A stretch of DNA of 64,000 nt. Origin: a virus. The first letter of the stretch is position 1, and every line of letters starts with the position of its first letter. The stretch spans positions 129,747 to 193,746 of IMG/VR virus record IMGVR_UViG_3300022602_000029. One strand, written 5' to 3'. Of this stretch, positions 9,571 to 19,264 are shown piece after piece. The notes beneath the pieces were generated by a model. The model did not search any database and was not told where the DNA came from. It saw only the letters and a list, made by a program, of their open reading frames with translations. Both the position numbers and the translations under genes were made by a program.

Positions 9571-10644
9571 ATGGCAGACTGGAAAAAACTAAAGATAGTT
9601 AGAGATAAAGAGGACATGCAGGTCGGGCAGATTAGACCGATGCGTTCTTATAACGTGCTCAGCGAAATAGAACAGGGCGGTATTGACTATGACTATATGG
9701 TTACTTTCCGTATCACAGAAGCTTGCGATCTAAAGTGTAACTACTGCCATTGGCATAGCGGAGCACATTACAAATATGAAGACATCATAACCACTATTGA
9801 TAGATTATTTGATTTTTTTATCAAACAAGATTTTAAATCTGTACTATTTTATTATCATGGCGGAGAACCTACTCGACATCCTAGATGCCTAGATATCCTA
9901 AAATATATACACCAAAAAGGTATAGACAAAGGAATAGATGCCTATAACGAGATGCAGACCAATCTTACCATTAAAGAAGATAAACTTCGTGCTATGCTCC
10001 CTTATTGCGATCAGTTTAATGCCAGTTTTCATTATTTAGAATTAAAAAGATTAAACAAACTTAAAGACTTTGACCACAACTGGGAAGTTATTAAGCAGTT
10101 AGAAATACCTATCCATAATATGGATATAATGATGGAGAATGTTGAACGAGGGGATAGATGGTATCAAGGTAAGACTGTAGAGGTCATACCTGAAGAGTTT
10201 TATAATAAAGTAGTCGATTATCTTAAGTATGACAAGATCCAAAACTGCGAGATGATCTATGGATTTTGCCATTATGTTTATCCGGAAGATGTAGCCGAAA
10301 AGCATATGGCATTTTATAAACAGCATAACAAAACAGAACAACGATACGAGATAGATGATATTATATATACCACCAACGACCTATTCAAACTAGGTATAGA
10401 TGCACGCGGATGGAAATGTGCGGCAGGTCAGGAATCTATCACTATCAATGGAGATGGTAATGTTTTCCATTGCGGAATACATATGACAAATTTTATACGT
10501 GATAGCCAGCCCGAGACTCCTTATACCAATCTAGTTAATGACAAACTCGCGATCACCAAACTATCAGTGCTGTATAAAACAGGTACTATCTGTCGCTGGG
10601 ATTATTGTGGCGGAGATTTCTATCTCAGTAGGGGCCCAAAATGA
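9571..10644 (+). CDS. radical SAM protein with C-terminal Cys-rich domain
   Basis: CDLKCNYC, HGGEPT, QTNL; C-terminal GWKCAAG...FHCG...CRWDYC. Confidence 0.9.
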   Translation: MADWKKLKIVRDKEDMQVGQIRPMRSYNVLSEIEQGGIDYDYMVTFRITEACDLKCNYCHWHSGAHYKYEDIITTIDRLFDFFIKQDFKSVLFYYHGGEPTRHPRCLDILKYIHQKGIDKGIDAYNEMQTNLTIKEDKLRAMLPYCDQFNASFHYLELKRLNKLKDFDHNWEVIKQLEIPIHNMDIMMENVERGDRWYQGKTVEVIPEEFYNKVVDYLKYDKIQNCEMIYGFCHYVYPEDVAEKHMAFYKQHNKTEQRYEIDDIIYTTNDLFKLGIDARGWKCAAGQESITINGDGNVFHCGIHMTNFIRDSQPETPYTNLVNDKLAITKLSVLYKTGTICRWDYCGGDFYLSRGPK

Positions 10645-11234
10645 AAACCATATCATTATTTCCTATAGATGTTTATACTAAGAAAATAGATGTCGACTGG
10701 AACCAATCTCAGATATTAGAAAGACTAGACAGGTATTTTCTAGATCAAAAACATAACGGAGTAGTGGATAATGATCTACATAAGGAAGTTTTGTTCAAAC
10801 CCCTAGTAGAATTTATGGATGTGGCTGTTGCTGAATATTGGAAAATATTAGACTACGATACTGGATATCCAGTATCGATAAGTCAGCTTTGGGCGAATAG
10901 ATATGACCAGGGCGATCTCTATCCTCATAATCTGGACAATGATAGTCCTGCTATCGTAACCTGCGTATTCTATGTTAGCAAGGATTCTGCAGAACAAGGC
11001 AATCTGTTTTTCGGAGACCCTAACCATTTATTGATTAAGACACAACCGCTCAGTACTAATCGTAGGTACCAGAGCCAACCGGAGTTCGATGGAAGGACTG
11101 GGGACCTAATCTGTTTCCCGAGCTGGCTACAGCATGGCATAAAACCTAATCACACTGATATCCCTAGACTGTCTATAGCGGCTAACTATGAGCTTAAAGG
11201 TTTGAATACGATTAAAAAGGCTATGACCAAATGA
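10641..11234 (+). CDS. 2OG-Fe(II) oxygenase-like (phage TIGR02466-type)
   Basis: WANRY...PHN...CVFY...FPSWLQH...RLSIAAN double-stranded beta-helix pattern. Confidence 0.75.
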   Translation: MKTISLFPIDVYTKKIDVDWNQSQILERLDRYFLDQKHNGVVDNDLHKEVLFKPLVEFMDVAVAEYWKILDYDTGYPVSISQLWANRYDQGDLYPHNLDNDSPAIVTCVFYVSKDSAEQGNLFFGDPNHLLIKTQPLSTNRRYQSQPEFDGRTGDLICFPSWLQHGIKPNHTDIPRLSIAANYELKGLNTIKKAMTK

Positions 11235-11809
11235 AAGTAAAACTAACAGGATGGAATGGATTCCTTTCGACCAAACTGAGAGAAAACAATAGCATAGAAT
11301 GGGTAGACGATGGTCTATGTGATATACTCTTTCTCATGGGAGGACCTACATTCACAGAGAGCGAGTTAGGACAACATGATGCACAGGTAATGCATCAATA
11401 CGTACGAGAGACGATAAAGATCATAGATAGATTTCCAGGGCATATTATTTTTGCTAGTTCAACAGGAGTAGATGATATTAGATTGGATCACAAAGGATCT
11501 ACCTGTTATAATCTAGCTAAACTGTATTTAGAAAACTATCTTATTAATAACACCGATCGATATACTATCTTGAGGATAGGAACTATTATATCAAACTCTC
11601 TCGATGATATAGCTAAGATGAAATCTGACCGGATCCAACCGCAGATACAGAATGGTATATTTCCGTCTGAATGGGAAGATTACTATTTGGACATCGATCA
11701 GTTTGTAAATACAACTATAGATGTTATCCTTGGCGAGACTTATGGTATTGTAGAATATCCCTTGATTAAACTAACGACAGCACAACTAACTAAAATGAGC
11801 AAAAAATGA
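11231..11809 (+). CDS. short NAD-dependent epimerase/dehydratase-like protein
   Basis: TGWNGF, FASST, YNLAK (YxxxK), ILRIG. Confidence 0.65.
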   Translation: MKVKLTGWNGFLSTKLRENNSIEWVDDGLCDILFLMGGPTFTESELGQHDAQVMHQYVRETIKIIDRFPGHIIFASSTGVDDIRLDHKGSTCYNLAKLYLENYLINNTDRYTILRIGTIISNSLDDIAKMKSDRIQPQIQNGIFPSEWEDYYLDIDQFVNTTIDVILGETYGIVEYPLIKLTTAQLTKMSKK

Positions 11810-12687
11810 TAAACGTCAAAATCGGAGGAGCAGTACAAAAATATGAATTGATATTGTTGTGGAATATCAAAAATAAAACTCTGATTAAAGATCTCCAGGT
11901 TACTTATTATGACATGCCTAATAACTGTGCATGGAATGGTGGACGTGTGAATCGCACTATCGACTTGACTGAAAAAATCGTTTCTACCTATAATAAGTTT
12001 AAGTATGGAATATGTTTAGGATTCACAAATAATGTTATATTAGATGTCGGTGATGAAATAGGAAATATGTTATTAAAAATGGTAACAGGTGAAAACAATC
12101 CTAACAAACTACACGGAGTCGTTTTATGTAGCGAGACATTGCGTAGGTACCTTCGTAAGAATTATCCGGAGTTAATATTAACCTATAGCATAACAGGACA
12201 CCCTACGACTGATCAGTTGAACTTCGAGGGATATTACAAAGAGCTCGAAGCCAAATATGATGTCATTGTTCCTAAATATAGTCATTTGAATAATGTCCTT
12301 GACCTATTAGAAGCAGGCAAGCTAACCGGTAGCAAATATGAAATATTAATCAATGATAACTGTAACGTTACTTGCCAGTTCTATTCCGAGCATTTCGCAC
12401 AGATATCACACTTGAATAGTTCTATAAAACATCCTTGGGAAGAAGATCATGAAAGGTCATACCATATAGAGATCAAACCAAAGATCAAGGCAGGTCCTAT
12501 CACTAAAGAAGCTAACTGCGTACAAGATGATGTGAGAGTATCTCTACTACAGAGATTTTATGATACAGGAGTTAGGCATTTTAAGATAAGTGGAAGAGAT
12601 CTAGAAGATATAGAATTTGAACACAGGTTGCCTGAACATCTTAGAGAGATACAAAAAATTGAAGTACGCAATAATCTTCTCAGTTGA
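11806..12687 (+). CDS. second U32-family protein (paralog of 8745-9557)
   Basis: WNGGRVNR, GFTN, INDNCNVTC, ANCV, FKISGRD. Confidence 0.65.
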   Translation: MINVKIGGAVQKYELILLWNIKNKTLIKDLQVTYYDMPNNCAWNGGRVNRTIDLTEKIVSTYNKFKYGICLGFTNNVILDVGDEIGNMLLKMVTGENNPNKLHGVVLCSETLRRYLRKNYPELILTYSITGHPTTDQLNFEGYYKELEAKYDVIVPKYSHLNNVLDLLEAGKLTGSKYEILINDNCNVTCQFYSEHFAQISHLNSSIKHPWEEDHERSYHIEIKPKIKAGPITKEANCVQDDVRVSLLQRFYDTGVRHFKISGRDLEDIEFEHRLPEHLREIQKIEVRNNLLS

Positions 12688-13456
12688 GAATAATAATGAT
12701 GTAACCTATGAGAAGATGTCCATAGCGTTAGCCTGTAGTATAAGAGATTATCTACCCGACATCGATATCTACTGCGGAACCTTCACTAATCCGGTAACGT
12801 CATATACACGTCTGTGGTTCCATAGATTAAAAGTAAAATATATAGAAGATTTAATCTTTAAGGATTTGCCTCCCGCTAATCCTAAGATGTTCCTACGGAC
12901 ATTTACCAAAGACTATTTTGCCAAAAAACTTTTAGATCATTATGACTATCTAATATATCTGGACGTAGATGTATTGATGTTAGGTATTCCAAACTTTGAT
13001 TTTGATCCTACTGGTCCTATGGTACTAGTGGATACTATGCCTAACTGGATAGTAAACTTCCATAGACGATACCTAGATGATTTAGAGGAAAGTCTCTACT
13101 ATAACTGGATAGAAATCATCAACCAACACAACAAAAAAATATTTGATCTAGATTATAAAGATCCCTATGTGTTAGATATACATAATGCTGATGTTCTAAT
13201 ATCTAATAGGATCAATAGTTCTAACTTAATCTTGATAGAACAAAATATAGGAGGATATCATTGCGCAAAAATATCCAAACCTACACATGTTTTTTATCAC
13301 TATGACTCACTAGGCGATGCGGGTAGTTTACATAACATAGAAAGCACACATCCTGTCCAATATCAAAAATATTTAAAACTATTTGAAGAGACCTTAAATA
13401 TCAGGGTAATATCTATAGTTGGTTATTGGGAAAAAGTAGCAAAGGAATATTCATGA
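12659..13456 (+). CDS. putative GT-A-like glycosyltransferase (start uncertain, TTG 12659 or 12617)
   Basis: YEKMSIALACSI...YLIYLDVDV (DxD motif), GT8-like layout. Confidence 0.5.
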   Translation: MKYAIIFSVENNNDVTYEKMSIALACSIRDYLPDIDIYCGTFTNPVTSYTRLWFHRLKVKYIEDLIFKDLPPANPKMFLRTFTKDYFAKKLLDHYDYLIYLDVDVLMLGIPNFDFDPTGPMVLVDTMPNWIVNFHRRYLDDLEESLYYNWIEIINQHNKKIFDLDYKDPYVLDIHNADVLISNRINSSNLILIEQNIGGYHCAKISKPTHVFYHYDSLGDAGSLHNIESTHPVQYQKYLKLFEETLNIRVISIVGYWEKVAKEYS

Positions 13457-14151
13457 ATCTAAGAGAAGAACTGCTCAGGCACAGTTATAAGTACCGATTG
13501 ACACATATAGCTTCTGCTCTATCCCAGTTAGATTATCTAGAAGAACTGTTTACGAAACAACTAGTTGTTCCTTATAGAGATAAAATTGTTATAGGAAAAG
13601 TTTTTGGAGGGCAATCTTATTTCCTGGTTTGGAAAAAACTAGGTTACCTAGATAACTTACCTAATCTTGAATGCTTACCTGTAGTTAAACATGATGAAAT
13701 ACCTTTCATTGATTTCGCTGAGTTTTCTATAGGAAATGCTTTGGGTGTAGCAGCCGGTATAGCAATGACAACAGATAAAATGATTTGGACTAATATATCA
13801 GATAGTGCCCTACAGATGGGCAATACACTAGAAGCCATACAGTTTTGTGGTCACAATAGATTAAAAAACATGTTAGTCACAGTTGATATGAATAATGGAC
13901 AGGTAACAGGAAAGACCGAAGATATATTACCTGTAGAACCTGTAGTTGATTTTTTTAGAAACTATGGATGGGATGTGAATTTTGATCTAGAAAACTTCAA
14001 AGTAGGAGATCGCCCTAAAGTATTCATTTTAAGGAATAAAAAAGGCAAGGGTATTAAATCGATAGAAAAGGATATAAGGAAATGGCATTACAAGAAAATA
14101 GAAACATACGCAGAATTACAATCGTTGGTGGAGGAACTTCGGGATACCTAG
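13453..14151 (+). CDS. transketolase-like N-terminal (TPP-binding) subunit, divergent
   Basis: THIASALS, SIGNALGVAAGIA, SDSALQMG..LEA...VDMN (GDG..N-like), KWH; coupled ATG at 13453. Confidence 0.75.
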   Translation: MNLREELLRHSYKYRLTHIASALSQLDYLEELFTKQLVVPYRDKIVIGKVFGGQSYFLVWKKLGYLDNLPNLECLPVVKHDEIPFIDFAEFSIGNALGVAAGIAMTTDKMIWTNISDSALQMGNTLEAIQFCGHNRLKNMLVTVDMNNGQVTGKTEDILPVEPVVDFFRNYGWDVNFDLENFKVGDRPKVFILRNKKGKGIKSIEKDIRKWHYKKIETYAELQSLVEELRDT

Positions 14152-15353
14152 CCGCATTTTATCTATCTAAAAACTATCCTGAAAAAGAAATCACTTGGAT
14201 ATTTCCAGAAGAAAATAATCCCATTGGAGTCGGAGAAGCGTTGGTTCCTAAAAGTAGCGATTTTCTATTGTCTATAGGAATTAGTCATAAAGATATTTTA
14301 AAATACTGTAATGGAACTTTAAAGCTAGGAATACTTTTTGATGGATTCAATAAAAAAGGAGAGGATTTCTTTTTTCCTTTTGGTATTGGAGTAGATGATA
14401 AACACAACGGGTCTAGCATCAACTATATCATGCAGAAAGATCTAATACCTGATACTATATTAGAATATAGAGATATGGCCACACATTTTAATACTGTAGA
14501 GTTCGCAAAATATCTAGATACAAAGACACATGAGCTCGATAATCTTAAAATACTAAGAAATGAAGTAACCCTAACTGACTTAGAAGGTACATATGATCTA
14601 TTGATAGATAGCACAGGATTTAAAAGACATATGAGTAAACAACCGGATAACTTTGAGGATATAAGTCATATCATTCCAAATAATCGGGCGTTGACCTGTA
14701 GAATCAAATACACTGATAAAAGTAAACAATGTAAACCATACAGTCTATTCAAAGCTATGGATTATGGATGGTGTTGGCATATTCCTTTAGGAGATAAGTT
14801 ATCTTTTGGATATGTCCACGATAATAAGTTCGATGTAAGAGAAGAGTTTATTTCTCATGTTAAAGACTATATGGGTATCGATCCTTTAGAAATAAATGTG
14901 ATTGACTTTATCACAGGAAGAAATAAAGTGCACCTCAAGGATAATATCGTGAGCATCGGTCTCGCTAGTACTTTTGTAGAACCGATAGAATCTACAGGTA
15001 TATATCTGATAATATCAGCTATAGAAAGATTAAAACTCTATATCGATGGAGGAATAACAGAACATGAATATAATCTACAAACCAACGAAACATTTGATGG
15101 CATAGTTAACTTTATTGCGGCACATTACAAATATTCTAAGAGAGATAACGAATATTGGAATCATTATAAAAATCTAAAGGTTGAAAATTATAAAGAGACT
15201 AGGTTATTTCCTGTAGAAGCATGGAGATATGTCCTTAGTGGATTTGGATTGAATGAATATCCTAAAGAAAGCATGGATCCTAGAGAGTTCATTAACATAC
15301 AGAAAGGAACTCCTTATGTGAAATGGTTAGAAAGTATAAGGAGTGAACCATGA
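14082..15353 (+). CDS. tryptophan-halogenase-family flavin-dependent halogenase
   Basis: GGGTSG, GVGEA, TLKLGI (catalytic Lys), WCWHIP (WxWxIP), FVEPIESTG. Confidence 0.88.
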   Translation: MALQENRNIRRITIVGGGTSGYLAAFYLSKNYPEKEITWIFPEENNPIGVGEALVPKSSDFLLSIGISHKDILKYCNGTLKLGILFDGFNKKGEDFFFPFGIGVDDKHNGSSINYIMQKDLIPDTILEYRDMATHFNTVEFAKYLDTKTHELDNLKILRNEVTLTDLEGTYDLLIDSTGFKRHMSKQPDNFEDISHIIPNNRALTCRIKYTDKSKQCKPYSLFKAMDYGWCWHIPLGDKLSFGYVHDNKFDVREEFISHVKDYMGIDPLEINVIDFITGRNKVHLKDNIVSIGLASTFVEPIESTGIYLIISAIERLKLYIDGGITEHEYNLQTNETFDGIVNFIAAHYKYSKRDNEYWNHYKNLKVENYKETRLFPVEAWRYVLSGFGLNEYPKESMDPREFINIQKGTPYVKWLESIRSEP

Positions 15354-15832
15354 GAAAAACCCTTCACAAGTTGTTATCGAGATTAAATCATCCTGATGTT
15401 TATCTCCTGCATTCCGATATGTGGAAATGGGATAATACAAAATATAATTGTATTAACTGCGGGGTACAAGAACCCAATATGGTTAATATGGCCGCGGGTC
15501 TAGCTAGCCAGGGTAAGACTGTGTTCGTCTATGGAGTCTGCGGTTATGTTCTCTATAAATGCTATGAGCAGATGAAATATAATGTACGAGGTTGGGCTGA
15601 CACCAAAGGATCTGTGATATTTGTTAACGCAGGACATAACGGGGCGTATGCCCATCAAGGAAAGGGCGGATTCATTCCAGAAGATGCTGATTTATGCACT
15701 CTATTACAAATACCTGTTTATACTCCTGAAGATCGAAGTACCTTTGTAAAATATGTAAAAGATTCTATTAGACAACCTCACGGATCTCGCCTCATAAGAT
15801 TAGGATGGGATGATGAAGTATGGAAGAAGTAA
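15350..15832 (+). CDS. transketolase-like pyrimidine-binding subunit, truncated
   Basis: GVQEPNMVNMAAGLA, CYEQMK, IRL; only 160 aa, lacks the C-terminal domain. Confidence 0.75.
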   Translation: MRKTLHKLLSRLNHPDVYLLHSDMWKWDNTKYNCINCGVQEPNMVNMAAGLASQGKTVFVYGVCGYVLYKCYEQMKYNVRGWADTKGSVIFVNAGHNGAYAHQGKGGFIPEDADLCTLLQIPVYTPEDRSTFVKYVKDSIRQPHGSRLIRLGWDDEVWKK

Positions 15833-16449
15833 AACTACCTCTCTATAGAAGTTTCATACCTACTGACAGTATCCCTTGGAAGCAAATAAATGCCGATCTT
15901 GATAGAGGAGATACTGATTATAGAGATGTAGAGAAAGGAGTCACTACCGCTGGATTAGGCCTCAGAGTTGACTTAGAACCTTGGGCATCGGGCTATAAGT
16001 CTGCAGTAATAGATGTCGTAAATAGATTTATTCCCTCGTCTATAAAACAAGAATATAATAGTTGGACTGATATGCATTGGATCAATAGAACATGTAGAGA
16101 CGGACATGTTAGGAAACATATACATTACCCTTGTGATCTAGCTGTGGTTTGGTATTTGGATATTCCCGAAAGAAGCGGGCATTTCGTTATGCATTTTGAC
16201 AACAAAGATCATGTAATCCCTGTATCGACTGGAGATTTCATAGCCTTTCCTGGAAGTATACTACATTATTCTCAACCTAGTCAAACTGATTCTCCGAGAT
16301 ATGTTATGGCATCTAATGTGCTTTGGACTGAATCGACTTTATATTCCCTCAGAGATAAATTATCAAATCATGAAATAAATTCCTATATTGAAAAAGTATT
16401 TTATGAAAGACAAGAACACCTAATAAGAGATATGATGGAAAAGTTATGA
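15820..16449 (+). CDS. 2OG-Fe(II) oxygenase-like
   Basis: WINR...KHIH...VWYL...FPGSILH...RYVMASN. Confidence 0.75.
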   Translation: MEEVKLPLYRSFIPTDSIPWKQINADLDRGDTDYRDVEKGVTTAGLGLRVDLEPWASGYKSAVIDVVNRFIPSSIKQEYNSWTDMHWINRTCRDGHVRKHIHYPCDLAVVWYLDIPERSGHFVMHFDNKDHVIPVSTGDFIAFPGSILHYSQPSQTDSPRYVMASNVLWTESTLYSLRDKLSNHEINSYIEKVFYERQEHLIRDMMEKL

Positions 16450-17054
16450 ATGTTGCTGTAACAGGACTAAACGGATTTATTGGCAGATATCTAGTCAAAG
16501 CCCTGACTGAAAAAGGATTTATCGTAGACAACAACGCTAAACATATTAGTCGTGTTTACCACCTGGCTTGTCCTGCTACAACTGAACGAATCAACTCAGA
16601 TCCTCTAGCAGTAATGGATACTATACTGGATATGACGAGGAGGACCATTAAGATGTGGCCAAATGCAAGATTCATAAATGCCAGTTCTATAGGAGCTTCT
16701 CAGATTGATGATGTTGACACCAGTCCACAAACAGCGTACAATATAGCTAAGAGGTGTATGGAAATTTATCTCATACATAGTAACATCATGTTTACCAACT
16801 ATAGATTACCTGCGGTATACGGAGAAGGTATGCATGATGATCATTTTATTAAGAGGTGTGTGGATCATACAGCTTATAAGCCAGAGGATCCTGATAAGCC
16901 CTATTGGATCGCCCACGTAGAAGATGTGGTAGAATCTATGGTAGCTTTAGAACCCATTAAGATGGAAAAAATAACAGTAGGTGAAATATATGAATTATTT
17001 AATTCTGGGAGGCGCGGGCTTCATAGGCCAACACCTAACCCGAGCATTGTTTGA
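16446..17054 (+). CDS. NAD-dependent epimerase/dehydratase
   Basis: TGLNGFIG, YHLACPA, NASS, YNIAK, RLPAVYG. Confidence 0.8.
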   Translation: MNVAVTGLNGFIGRYLVKALTEKGFIVDNNAKHISRVYHLACPATTERINSDPLAVMDTILDMTRRTIKMWPNARFINASSIGASQIDDVDTSPQTAYNIAKRCMEIYLIHSNIMFTNYRLPAVYGEGMHDDHFIKRCVDHTAYKPEDPDKPYWIAHVEDVVESMVALEPIKMEKITVGEIYELFNSGRRGLHRPTPNPSIV

Positions 17055-17925
17055 GCAGAAGGAAAGGCATGTTGGAGTTACAGTAATAGACAACTTAAAG
17101 ACTTCTAATAGAGAATGTCTAGAACAGTTCAGAGAATATAAAAATCTATTTAGATTCATAGAAGCTGACCTTACGACCATAGACGACGAAGAATTTTTAA
17201 AGATAGCTCGCAAGCACGATAAGATATTTCATCTAGCAGGAAGTGTAGGAGTCGAGAATGTAGATAAAAATCCTAGCGAAACTCTGTTCAATAACCTAGC
17301 TCTAGCTAACAAGCTCATTCCTTTATTTCAAAAATTAAGGAATAGACACATTACATTCGCTAGTACTAGCGAGATATACGGTGAAGGTCCATTCTATGAA
17401 GAAGCAAATGCCAGTATTGGTCCAAGCAGTAAACTACGATGGGGATATGCCAGTGCTAAACTCACTACAGAGTTTATGATACGGGCCAGCGAGTTTCCTT
17501 ATACTATCGTAAGGTTCTTCAATATAGTAGGTCCAGGACAGTTAGGAGATTATGGCATGGTATTGCCCCGTATGATATATGCGGCCAAAAATAACAAAGA
17601 CATAATAGTTTACGGAGACGGTAATCAAGTACGTAGTTTTTGTCATGTATATGACGCCGTCGATGGATTGATCAAACTGTCTGATACTAATGGAGAATTG
17701 TTCAACATAGGTAACGACCTTCCTATCAGTATCAAAGATTTGGCACAACGGGTTATCGACTTATCAGGATCTCAATCTAAAATACAACTAGTTCCTTATG
17801 AACAGGTGTTCAGCAAACATCATGGGGATATCTACAAACGTATTCCTGATTTAACAAAGATAAAAAATGCCATAGGATATCAACCCAAATACGGATTAGA
17901 TGATATTATTAAAGATATGTTATGA
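16990..17925 (+). CDS. NDP-sugar epimerase/decarboxylase (extended SDR)
   Basis: GGAGFIG, HLAG, ASTSEIYG, YASAK, RFFNIVGP, QVRSFCHV; ATG at 16990 with RBS aggtga. Confidence 0.9.
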   Translation: MNYLILGGAGFIGQHLTRALFEQKERHVGVTVIDNLKTSNRECLEQFREYKNLFRFIEADLTTIDDEEFLKIARKHDKIFHLAGSVGVENVDKNPSETLFNNLALANKLIPLFQKLRNRHITFASTSEIYGEGPFYEEANASIGPSSKLRWGYASAKLTTEFMIRASEFPYTIVRFFNIVGPGQLGDYGMVLPRMIYAAKNNKDIIVYGDGNQVRSFCHVYDAVDGLIKLSDTNGELFNIGNDLPISIKDLAQRVIDLSGSQSKIQLVPYEQVFSKHHGDIYKRIPDLTKIKNAIGYQPKYGLDDIIKDML

Positions 17926-18605
17926 TTTATACATACAAAGCCAAGGTCAAGGCCACTACGAGGTCTAGATGTCTAGATCCCTACACAGAAGAATTCTTGC
18001 GAGGAGCAGGTAACTTCTTCTTGGCTAGATGGTTTTATTATTTTAATCATGATTTATATGATCCTGTATTGATATGGAATATGACGGATTTATCAAAGAT
18101 AGTTTTAGAGTTTGGGAATAATCGATATATAGGTAAGATGATACGTGCCGAAAGAGGAGAAGAAATTTGGTTAGATGCTAATTTTATATCTCCCTACCCT
18201 TGGAATAAAACAATAGATGATCTAGAAGTAGGTGATCTTATTAGGACCACCGATCGTGTAGATTTCCCTACTAATATGGAGGACCTTATGACTGTAGGAC
18301 GATTTCAAGGTAAACTCTATGAAGAAGTAGTAAGACCTACATTAAGGAATGCTAATCTAAGTTCGAGATTTTTTAACATATCTGCTCCTGGTAAACCGTT
18401 GTTACCTGAAGGATACACAGTAGCGAAGGCTTTTGCTAAACGTGTACTACCTCATCATTATATTATAAGGATGGATGGTAAGGATTGTGATATGCTAGGA
18501 GAAGGATCTCGTCCTTTGAAAAAAATATACACAGTAGAAGAATATGGCGGAATTATTCCTGCTGTTACAGAAATGTTTTTTGATGCTAAGGAAACGATGA
18601 AATGA
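17922..18605 (+). CDS. hypothetical protein
   Basis: 227-aa ORF coupled on both sides; no motif recognised. Confidence 0.6.
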   Translation: MIYTYKAKVKATTRSRCLDPYTEEFLRGAGNFFLARWFYYFNHDLYDPVLIWNMTDLSKIVLEFGNNRYIGKMIRAERGEEIWLDANFISPYPWNKTIDDLEVGDLIRTTDRVDFPTNMEDLMTVGRFQGKLYEEVVRPTLRNANLSSRFFNISAPGKPLLPEGYTVAKAFAKRVLPHHYIIRMDGKDCDMLGEGSRPLKKIYTVEEYGGIIPAVTEMFFDAKETMK

Positions 18606-19264
18606 AAATAACAGCTATGGTTCCAGTAAGAAAAGGATCGCAGAGGGTCAAATCTAAAAATTCTAAATCTTTCTCAGATACAAGTTTATTAGATATAAGA
18701 CTAAATCTATTAAAAAACGTCAATGGGCTAGATCAGATTATAGTTAGCACGGATTGCGAAGAATGTACCAGCATAGCAAAATCACATAACGTAGAAGTGA
18801 TAGCGAGAGATCCTTACTATGCTGGAGACATTCCTAATAATGAATTCCTTAAGAATCTAGCAGAATGCTGTCCAGGAGATGCTATGATGTATTCAGTAGT
18901 AACAAATCCATTCCTAAGAAAATCAACGATAGAAAAGAATTTAAACTTGTTTAGGCAAGGTGGAATGGATAGCATAATGTCAGTCTCTCTAGAAAAGAAG
19001 TTCCTATGGTTAGATGGAAAACCGATCAACTATGAAGCTACCAGGGCTCCCAGGAGTCAGTTACTTCCAGAGATAGTATCTCTTAACTTTGCTATGTCGA
19101 TCATAGAAACAAAAAAGATGATAGAGAAAGAAAATCTAATAGGAGATAATCCACTGCTCATCACTTTAGATAAAATACAAAGCATAGATATAGATGACGA
19201 GGAAGATTTTATGATAGCAGAGACACTTTATGAAAAACTAGGATTTGATTGGATATTACAATGA
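18602..19264 (+). CDS. acylneuraminate cytidylyltransferase (NeuA/CMP-sugar synthetase)-like
   Basis: PVRKGSQRVKSKN, VSTD, PRSQLLP, DIDDEEDF. Confidence 0.88.
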   Translation: MKITAMVPVRKGSQRVKSKNSKSFSDTSLLDIRLNLLKNVNGLDQIIVSTDCEECTSIAKSHNVEVIARDPYYAGDIPNNEFLKNLAECCPGDAMMYSVVTNPFLRKSTIEKNLNLFRQGGMDSIMSVSLEKKFLWLDGKPINYEATRAPRSQLLPEIVSLNFAMSIIETKKMIEKENLIGDNPLLITLDKIQSIDIDDEEDFMIAETLYEKLGFDWILQ

